Position numbers and translations under genes: made by a program. Shown here one piece after another: positions 55,706 to 64,000 of a stretch of DNA of 64,000 nucleotides (the stretch's first letter is position 1; every line of letters begins with the position of its first letter). Origin of the DNA: Octopus vulgaris (taxonomy: Eukaryota). The notes under the pieces were generated by a model. That model was not told the origin of the DNA. It did not search any database and saw only the letters and a list, made by a program, of their open reading frames with translations. Where the stretch lies: positions 96,038,001 to 96,102,000 of the forward strand of contig OX597824.1 in the NCBI GenBank assembly GCA_951406725.2, read 5' to 3'.

Positions 55706-56097
55706 CTTGAGGTTATGTATGTATGCATATAAGCATGTTTGTATGTATGTTGCAGTAGGCACAAGTATAGCTGTACAGTGTAGAAGCTTGCTTCCTAACC
55801 ATGTGGTCTCAGGTTCAGTCCCACTGCACAGCATGTTGGACAAATTTCAACTATTGTCCCAGGCTGACCAAAGCCTTGTGAGTGGATTTGGGAAACAAAA
55901 ACTGAAAGAAGCCCATTATGTGTGTGTGTATGTGCGCACGTGCGTTTGTGTGTACCTTTTTATAAGTAAGTCTCATGGAATATTTAACCATCAAGTAAGC
56001 GCTTCCACAAGCACAAATTTTGTCTCTTGTCCTCCTCCCCCCACATCCCCCCTTTTTATTTTTAAATTTCCACATAACATTGAAACAATATTCTGTA

Positions 56098-56262
56098 GTA
56101 AAATTTCCACTTATTTCTTTTTTTTTTTTTATTTTCCTAAAATTTCCGTTGCATCTTGCAACCTTTTCAATAGTTTTGACTCTCAACGTCTATTGAAAAG
56201 GTTGCAAGACACAATGAAAATTTTAGGAAAATAAAAAAAAAGAAATAAGTGGAAATTTTCTA
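56098..56262. repeat. Inverted repeat / hairpin
   Basis: aaaatttccacttatttc...tcttgcaaccttttcaatag pairs with ctattgaaaaggttgcaaga...gaaataagtggaaatttt. Confidence 0.85.
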
Positions 56263-56441
56263 GACACAGCAGAATATGCTTCAACACACGATCTCACATA
56301 AAGAATCTTGCAAACCAAATCCAAAAACGAAATTGAAACAACAGATCAGAGAAAAAGAATCCAGTGAAATATTCTGACTGAAAATTGCTAATATTATTCA
56401 ATAAAACCAGAATTTCACATAAGTTGTATAATGTTACTTAC

Positions 56442-56515
56442 ACTGAGTCCTTCTACAGGGTCTTTCTGTAGTACAGCAGCAGAATATTCAAAAATAAGAT
56501 CAATATGAGATGGAC
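56442..56515 (-). CDS. VPS39: VPS39 exon: (G)PSHIDLIFEYSAAVLQKDPVEGLS
   Basis: Resembles vertebrate LHLIFSYSVWVLRDFPEDGLK. Sites tctttccag|GT and AGT|gtaagt; 74 nt. Confidence 0.92.
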
Positions 56516-57242
56516 CTGGAAAGATAATTTGAAAACTTTATTTAACTATAAGCACAAGAAAAAGCCGTTAGAAAACATATCAGACTTTGGATGACTAAAT
56601 TACAATAGTTGTTGGACCATTCAAAACTTTTTTATTCTTTACAAGCAATACACAATGCTTCAAGCAAATTACAATACTCTCCTATTAAATTTCAGAGTTA
56701 TTCCATGAATGATGCTTTATATCGATCATAAAAAAGAATTGAAATTTTCTACAAGTTATGTTGTCTCAACAAACTTGACATATCTCAACACAAAAACTAA
56801 TTTCAAATGTGATCGTTCCTCAACGAAAGATAGATTGCGATATAAAACTACTTTTCGCAGTTAAAAAGGGATCGTAACATTTGGAGTGGATGTATCTGAT
56901 TTCTACAGTTAAAAGGGTTGAAATGTAATTTGGAAAAAAGATTCTGGTTCTTGTGCTGGTGGTACGCAATAAGCACCATTTATGCGTGGGTCGTCGCCAG
57001 TGCTGCCTGACTGGGTCCCCATGCCGGTGGCACGTAAAAAGCACCCTCCGAACGTGGTCAATGCCAGTCCCAACCCCAACCCCAACCCCCACCTTCCCTT
57101 TAAAATCAGAGGTGCCGTATTGCAGAAGCAGGGGCCACCTGAGTCTGGTTGGTATTGAAACATTTAAATGCATACATGAGTATTTTGAATGCGATATTTG
57201 TAGAACGCAATGGAAATTCTATATGAAAATGTCGCTACAAAC

Positions 57243-57332
57243 CTAAATGCTGGAGATATTCTACGATGCCATCCTGGCCACTTTGAAGCGAAGAGGCAGG
57301 CCGGCACGCTTGTTGCATCAATAAGGATAAAG
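57243..57332 (-). CDS. VPS39: VPS39 exon: (A)LSLLMQQACRPASSLQSGQDGIVEYLQHL(G)
   Basis: YLQHLG motif. Sites cctttacag|CT and G|gtttgt; 90 nt, phase 1-1, frame continuous with neighbouring exons. Confidence 0.92.
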
Positions 57333-57806
57333 CTGTAAAGGACAAAAAACGTAATTGTAATAAGGATAAAAATATGGAAAACATATTGCAAAATTTCAAT
57401 AATGCCAAATTTAATCTCCACTAATCAAAAGTACTAATTATCTATCACACAACTTAAACCATACCATTTTCAAAGAGGAGCCAATACCCGTTGTCTTCAA
57501 TGGCATTTATTGAGTTGTCCTCTCATTTACAAAACCTACAACCAATTTGATTCTAGCTGGGCGTCTCTTTAATGTGAGGGAAATAAGTGAGTGAGGTGAG
57601 CCCCAGCAAGCCACACTCATTCCTGATTAAATATCAATGAATAAAAGGAACAGCATGAGCTGACCAAATCCTCAGCACACTGGACAAATTGCTCAGCAAC
57701 TTTTCTTCTGGCTTTACATTCTGAGTTCAAATGCCACCAAAGTCAGCTTCACCTTTTATCCTCCCGGGGTTGATAAAATAAGTACTAGTTGAGCACTGGG
57801 GTCAAC

Positions 57807-58241
57807 ACAGTTCTATATTTAAGAGATGAGGAATTATGTACATTATTTACATTTGACGGATATTTGTCCTCATCTTGTTTGTTGTTAACACAACGTTTCA
57901 GCTGGTATACCCTCCAGCCTTCATCAGGTGTCTTGGAGAAATGTTGAACCTGGGTTCTCACTCCTAAGGTATTTTTCAATGTTGTTGTTGTTGTTATTAT
58001 CATCATCATCATCATTATTATCATTATTATTGTTGTTTTTTTTCTCTTCCATTTCTCACCAAGTGTTTTCAGTACACCTTGGGTAGAGAAACTCATTGTA
58101 TGCATTCCCAGATTATTATTAATATTATTATTATTATATTATTATTATTATTATGATTATTCAGGTCACTGCTTGGAATCGAACTCAGAATCTTGGGGTT
58201 AGCAGCCCACACTCTTAACCACTACGCCATATGCCTGTGGG
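57807..58241 (-). mobile_element. tRNA-headed SINE-like element carrying a hammerhead motif, nested in another SINE
   Basis: Pol III A box TGGCGTAGTGG (58229-58219), B box GTTCGATTCC (58184-58175), (AAT)n/(AAC)n spacer, hammerhead at 57887-57932. The host SINE is split at GGGTCAA. A truncated second copy lies at about 13370-13530. Confidence 0.75.
57887..57932 (-). ncRNA. Minimal type I hammerhead ribozyme motif (Penelope-type, loopless palindromic stem III)
   Basis: Minus strand reads GACAC-CTGATGA-A-GGCTGG(AGGGTATA)CCAGCT-GAAAC-GTT^GTGTT. Confidence 0.7.
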
Positions 58242-58542
58242 TCAATGTATCTAAAGAGACCCCTGCCGCAAAATTTCAGGCCTTGCGTCTATAACAGAAA
58301 GGAATATTAAAGGTAGCAAGCTAGCAGAAGCATTGGTGCCTTTTGAACAAGAGCCAGAAGAAATGCCAGAAATGCCAATAAGCATTTTATCCAACAGACC
58401 AACAATTCTAGCAGCTTGCTGTCATTTTTTTTTTATTAAATCTAAAGAAACACAAACAATACCCTGTTGTGTCTGGGGAGTCAACACACGAACTCACATA
58501 AAGAATCTTGCAAACCAAATCCCAAAATGAAACAAATAATAC

Positions 58543-58684
58543 CTTTTTGGTGCAATTCTTTCTTCCGGTACAAAATTATTAATTCACTAAACTTTTCTTT
58601 GCTCCTCAGAACACGTTCACTTTCTTCAATATGACATTGATTGTCCACCCTCCTGAGGAATGGCGCCATCAACGCATCATTTGT
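58543..58684 (-). CDS. VPS39: VPS39 exon: TNDALMAPFLRRVDNQCHIEESERVLRSKEKFSELIILYRKKELHQK
   Basis: Resembles vertebrate TNVALVAPLLRLENNHCHIEESEHVLKK...SELIILYEKKGLHEK (Vps39_1 region). Sites ttgcag|ACA and G|gtatt; 142 nt. Confidence 0.95.
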
Positions 58685-60026
58685 CTGCAAAATGATGCAA
58701 AGATTATATAAGTAAAACCCAATAAAAAACAAACAAAAAATAGAAACTGAAAAATAACCAAAATTGTTAAAACCATTTACAGTATTTCAAGGTATATATG
58801 ATGGACTTATTTTCTAAATAAATATCTCAAAAAAATCACCTCGGGTCCTGTATACAAAGTTGGACTTTCTACAAACTTCAAAGCACTAAAATATCATCAC
58901 CTGACAATTTATATCAGGTGATGATTTATTAGCATCATGTCAATTGTCAACACACTTCAACTTCTAATTCACGGATGTGTTGTCCCCTCACCCTGTCTTT
59001 TCAACGTTCACTACAATGGCCTCAACTCCTCGAAACTTGTTAGTTTACCACTACCACCTCAACCCACATCCTCCCATCTCACCAGCCTCCCTTTCTCTCA
59101 TCACTCATGTTGTGTCCACTCATCCACCAAACCCAGAGGTATCATATGAACCCCTTTGTTGCTATTTGAAGGCAATGAATAACAACTGGGGAATGTCCTT
59201 CCTTACACAAATTGTTGGAATCTCATTCGCAAGATTATCTGAAGTTACCTTCAACTTGAAAGCATGCACAGAGGCAGGCATAGCTAAGAAGTTTGAAGTT
59301 GTGAACTACATGGTTCTGGGTTCAAAGCACAGCACAGGAAACTTTGCAGAAGTACATGGTATATATAACGTGTGTGTGTGTGTGCAGCAAAGCTCTTTGG
59401 TTAAGAAGTTCACTTCTCTTCACAACCACGTGTTCTCAGTTAAGTGTCTTTTTGCTATAACCCTGGGCCAACCAAAGTAATATCTCCCTCAAATTACAGC
59501 CTATACAAACGCTATTAAAAAAATAAAGTGGATGTAAACCAAGATACACCACACCTGAATAAACACAAGATGGTCGCAAGATGGAGTGTTTAATATGATT
59601 AGTAATCATCATCATCATTTAACATCCGTTGTCCATGCTGGCATGGGTTGGACGATTTGACCAGAGCTGGGCAGCTGCACCAGACTCCAGTCTAATCTGG
59701 CATGGTTTTCTGTGGCTGGATGCCCTTCCTAACGCCAACCACTTTACAGAGTGTGCTGGGTGCTTTTAGGTGGCACCTCATGGGTACAGAGTAACGATAT
59801 CTGATACACAGCTTTATTCATAAGTCTAATCTATCATTGATAGACTGGTGCTAAACAGCATTGACAACAACAAATTCTTTAGTTTCAAACAGACCAAGTT
59901 GGCTCACATGGTCTTTAATTGCAATATATAATAACCAAATCGGATCAGGGCCTGTTGCAGCCTCCCTGGCTTCCCAGACCCCAGTCGAACCGTTAATTGC
60001 AAAATATAATAACCAAATATACTTAC

Positions 60027-60161
60027 TTCAAGGTAGCATTTAAGCAAAGTTGTGTCAATAATTTGAGCAATCTGTCTTTTGGATTTGATAGTTCGGTTCA
60101 TGTCCCCGATGGCAGTGGTTGTTATCTCTTTGCTAGGAATTTTCATAATATGGTAACGTTT
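60027..60161 (-). CDS. VPS39: VPS39 exon: KRYHIMKIPSKEITTTAIGDMNRTIKSKRQIAQIIDTTLLKCYLE
   Basis: Contains the conserved IIDTTLLKCYL motif. Acceptor ttgtttgtag|AAA, donor GAA|gtaagt; 135 nt, phase 0-0. Confidence 0.95.
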
Positions 60162-61468
60162 CTACAAACAAGAGGAAAGAAAAACGTTAAAAATGTATAA
60201 AAAATAATAATAATAATTATAGTTGTTTAGCAGCAGATAATAAAAGAAACATAATAGCTGGAGATAATTAAGTAATTAACAATATAAACAAAAAATTCTT
60301 TAACGACCACACTTCTAATGAAATGCACTTTCTATAAGTTTTAATTAATTTTGAAAAATATTTAAAAATCAAAATTTAGAAGAATTTAGTAACATAAGGT
60401 AATAAGCTGGTAATTGTATCAGGCCCACAAAATGGTATTTGTATTGGATCACCCTATGGAGGATGTGCCTGAGAACTCTACCCTCACCACCCTCCCAGGA
60501 ATATTATGTAGAGAAAATGGATGGACAGACAGACAGACGGATGGTCTTTCTTTTATTTTACTCCTTACTCTTTTACTTGTTTCAGTCATTTGACTGTGGC
60601 CATGCTGGAGCACTGCCTTTAGTCGAGCAAATCGACCCCAGGACTTATTCTTTATAAGCTTAGTACTTATTCTATCAGTCTCTTTTGCCAAACCGCTAAG
60701 TTACGGGGACGCAAACACACCAGCATCGGTTGTCAAGCGATGTTGGGGGGACAAACACAGACACACAAACATATACACACACAAATACACATACATATAT
60801 ACATATATACGATGGGCTTCTTTCAGTTTCCGTCTACCAAATCCACTCACAAGGCTTTGGTCGGCTGGAGGCTATAGTAGAAGACACTTGCGCAAGGTGC
60901 CATGCAGTGGGACTGAACCCAGAACCATGTGGTTGGTAAGCAAGCTACTTACCACACAGCCACTACCGCGCCTATTTTGTTAATTTTTATTTTGATTTCT
61001 TTTTTTAACCAAACACCTAAAGCTTTCCCCCCCCCCGAGTCCTTTTTAGCTAAAGAATTGGTATGGGTAAGATTAGAGGAATTAACATTTAATTTAAATA
61101 ACTTTCAATGAGAATTTGGAGGAAGAAGAATTGCAGGAGAATGCAAATCTAGATCAGAGAGGGATTAGGAGACGAGGAAGAGGCAAGACACAGAAGCAGT
61201 GGCAGAAGAGGAAAAGGAGATGCATTAAGTGGATGTGGGTGGGGAAAGAAACATGGAAGAAACAACTGCAGAAAGAGTAAGTGGGGAGGGGGAGCATTGT
61301 AAATCTGGTCCACAGTGGAGAAAGGGTCAAAAATTGCTGGGTGTTTGGGAATGTTGATTTCTATCAGACAAGCAAAGTTTTACTTGGATTCAGGGGATTA
61401 TGTAAGCAGTAATTCATTGTGAATCTCTCCGATATATAAAGGATGAATATATATATTCATCATTTTAA

Positions 61469-61970
61469 TGGGTTCTCAGATAAATTTGCTTGTTTCTTTC
61501 TAATATTATCTAAATTAGCACAAAAAATGGTTTTTAAAAAGTTTTTTTATTTATTTATTTGATCTCTTCTTCTACAACTTTTGTTAATCTTTTTTTTGAA
61601 ACTTGGATAAAATTTTAATCTGTCCAGTCACATGACAATAGAGTACGAAGTACCAAGTTACAAAAGGAATTAGCATTTTTAACGCTTTCTCTTTGCTTTC
61701 AATCAAGGTACCAAACTGCCAAAGCCACTTGAGACATTTGTATTGTACCTGAAGAAGGTGCTGTTACTGAAAGAATGGCACAGAAATGGTTTTCATGCGT
61801 CATGGAGGAGAAATTCGACAAGGCATCGACAAGCTAGCAGAACACTGGCAAGAAGTCATGAACAATGAAGAGGAATATATCAGTGACTGATTTGTTAAAA
61901 TAAAATTGTCGATGAAAAATAAATATTAAAATAAATGGGGAAAAAATAAAGGAATTTATCTGACAACCCA
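61469..61970 (+). mobile_element. Internally deleted mariner-like element
   Basis: TIRs tgggttctcagataaatt / aatttatctgacaaccca; transposase-like fragment EGAVTERMAQKWF near 61750. Confidence 0.65.
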
Positions 61971-62101
61971 ACGCATGCAATTAATATTTTGATTGTTTGT
62001 TGATGGATAAACTAGAGAACGGTAATGGTTTTTATTCAAAATGTAAATAAAACTAAATAACATACAACACAGGTAAATTACTAAATTCATTTAGAGTGGT
62101 A

Positions 62102-62483
62102 CTAGCAGTATCACCCGGCGTTGCTCGGGTTTGTAAGGGAAATAACTATAAAGCATTTTTAGATAGTTATAGCCAAAATATAGCAAAAAAATGGGAAAAA
62201 ATTATGGTAAATTTTTTTGAGAGTTAAAAAGGTCGAGTTGCATCCCCTAGACAGTCTGTGGTTTGTGTTTCTCATTCTCGACCCCATGTCGAATTTATCG
62301 TTTTTTTTCAGAACTGGGGGAACTTTTAAAAATTTTCGCTGCGTTAGTTTTGAATTATGACATTGGGCTATGTGCGTGTCAAGTTTCATCAGAATCGGTT
62401 GAAAGCCGTGGTCAGGGTGAGGGTACAACCTAACAGACACACAGACACGCACACAGACAAACTGCCGTTTATATAGAGAGAGA
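62102..62483 (-). mobile_element. Non-autonomous Helitron-like element
   Basis: Minus strand runs TCTCTCTATATAAAC... to hairpin cccgagcaacgccggg then tgatactgCTAG|T; same 3' end as the 22360 element. Confidence 0.65.
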
Positions 62484-62588
62484 TACTGTGTATTGCAATA
62501 TTTGGAAATATTTTGCAGATTTAATTCAAACAGGTTGTATTTAGGAAAAGTAGACAATGTACAGAAAATTTTGTCTATACACACATAC

Positions 62589-62731
62589 CTCGTTAAGGTA
62601 ATCGATAAGTGCCAATAAGGCATTTTCGAGGTCACCACCATCTAACTCAGGCACGGTATCTGGGTAGGTGAGATCTTTATGGTAGCAGGAAGGCAGCAGA
62701 TTAGGGTAGAGACCAATCACATGCGATGGAT
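62589..62731 (-). CDS. VPS39: Vam6/VPS39-like protein, internal exon (first in window): (D)PSHVIGLYPNLLPSCYHKDLTYPDTVPELDGGDLENALLALIDYLNE
   Basis: Manual translation resembles vertebrate VPS39 as recalled (DPTHVMGLYPDLLP...LALIDYLTQ). Acceptor aaag|AT, donor GAG|gtatgt; 143 nt, phase 1 to 0. Confidence 0.92.
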
Positions 62732-64000
62732 CTTTTAAATAACAAATTGATAAATATAGAAGTCAATCACAAGTTTATCAGACAACAACAACAACAATAA
62801 ATCATGAGAAAATTTTATTAATACAACACAGATTATAAAAATAAAACAAGTGTAATAAGATATTGCTTAAAGTATCTCTAAGGGTTTTAGTTGGTTACAT
62901 CAACCCCTGAGTATTGTCCAGTACTTGCCAGGAGCGTAACCAGCCTGCTTATGCATGCCTTTTCCTTCTTTGGTCACTAAACTCTTCTTGCGAAGACGTG
63001 TTGAGGCAAGTGAAATCAAAATCACATTCGATGATTGGCGCCCGTGCTAGCAGAGTGCAAAGAGCACCATACGAGTGTGATCATTAACAGAGTGGCTAAC
63101 AGGCTCCCGTGCCAGTGACACATAAAAGGGCACCATTCAAGTGTGAACGTTACCAGCATCGCCTTACTGGCACCTGTGCGCTTTCTAGTAGGGTGCCAAG
63201 AACACAATCTGAGCACGATCGTTGCCAGAGCAGCCAACCGGCTTCCATACCCATGGCACATAAAAGGGCACCATTTGAGCGTGATCGTTACCAATGTCGT
63301 CTTACTGGCACCTGTGCTGGTGGCATGTGTAAAAAGATTTGAGTGAGGTCGTTGCCAGTACCGCCTGACTGGCCCCCATGCTGGTGGCACGTAAAAAGCA
63401 ACCACTACACTCTCAGAGTGGTTGGCGTTAGGAAGAGCATCAAGCTGTAGAAACTCTGCCAGATTAGATTGGAGCCTGGTGCAGCCATCTGGTTCGCCAG
63501 CCCTCAGTCAAAATCGTCCAACCCATGCTAGCATGGAAAGTGGACGTTAAACGATGATGATGATGATAAGAGGGATGAAAATCAAATCAAAATCAAAATT
63601 AAATCAAGATTGAAATCAAAATGGAAATTGTAGTTGTGGTCGATGCCAGTGCCACCTGACTGGCACCTGTGCTGGCAGCATGTAATAAGCACCATTCAAG
63701 CGTGGGTCAATGCCAGTGCCGGTGGCACATAAAAAGCACCTTTCAAGCAGTGGACTGTGAACAACATTGCACGATGAGTCACATGTGTCACACTACAAAA
63801 ACCATTCTAAACTGTACAAGAAAAATATCAAATGTGGTGAAAGCTCAAAGAAACTAAAAAATTATACTGCAACATATACGAGGGGGTGTTGAGAAGTTCC
63901 TGGCTTTAAGGGAATTGCAAAAGGCCTGGTTGGAGGCCAAGTTCTTTTACAGGGCTTAGAAAAACTGAAGGACCACTGCAATAAGTGCGTGAACCTGAGA

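Noticed and set aside
61750-61780. CTGAAGA...GAAAG on the + strand
   Set aside because: No stem I or III; it is mariner transposase-like coding remnant.
63000-63410. Regularly spaced 45-50 bp units resembling a CRISPR array
   Set aside because: Degenerate internal tandem subrepeats of a eukaryotic retroposon; the spacers are related to each other and there are no cas genes.

Overview
AT-rich, microsatellite- and SINE-dense metazoan DNA. The repeat families look like those of an Octopus or other coleoid cephalopod, which is an inference from repeat style. The window lies inside one large minus-strand gene encoding a Vam6/VPS39-like HOPS subunit. Twelve GT-AG exons (62731 down to 14325) splice into one open frame covering the central and C-terminal part of the protein. 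The 5' exons lie to the right of the window, and I could not find the last (C-terminal Zn-finger) exons. Almost all ORFs in the supplied track are microsatellite or SINE artefacts. The introns hold several SINE families, MITEs of hAT, piggyBac and mariner type, non-autonomous Helitrons, 3' ends of CR1 and R4/Dong-like LINEs, and several long foldback palindromes. Two observations stand out. (1) There are five minimal type-I hammerhead-ribozyme-like motifs, all sense to the VPS39 pre-mRNA; one is carried by a tRNA-headed SINE and one has a compensatory U3:A8 core. (2) An inverted, still-open copy of one VPS39 exon plus its 5' splice site and intron start sits about 45 kb downstream in an intron of the same gene, where it could form a long-range dsRNA.
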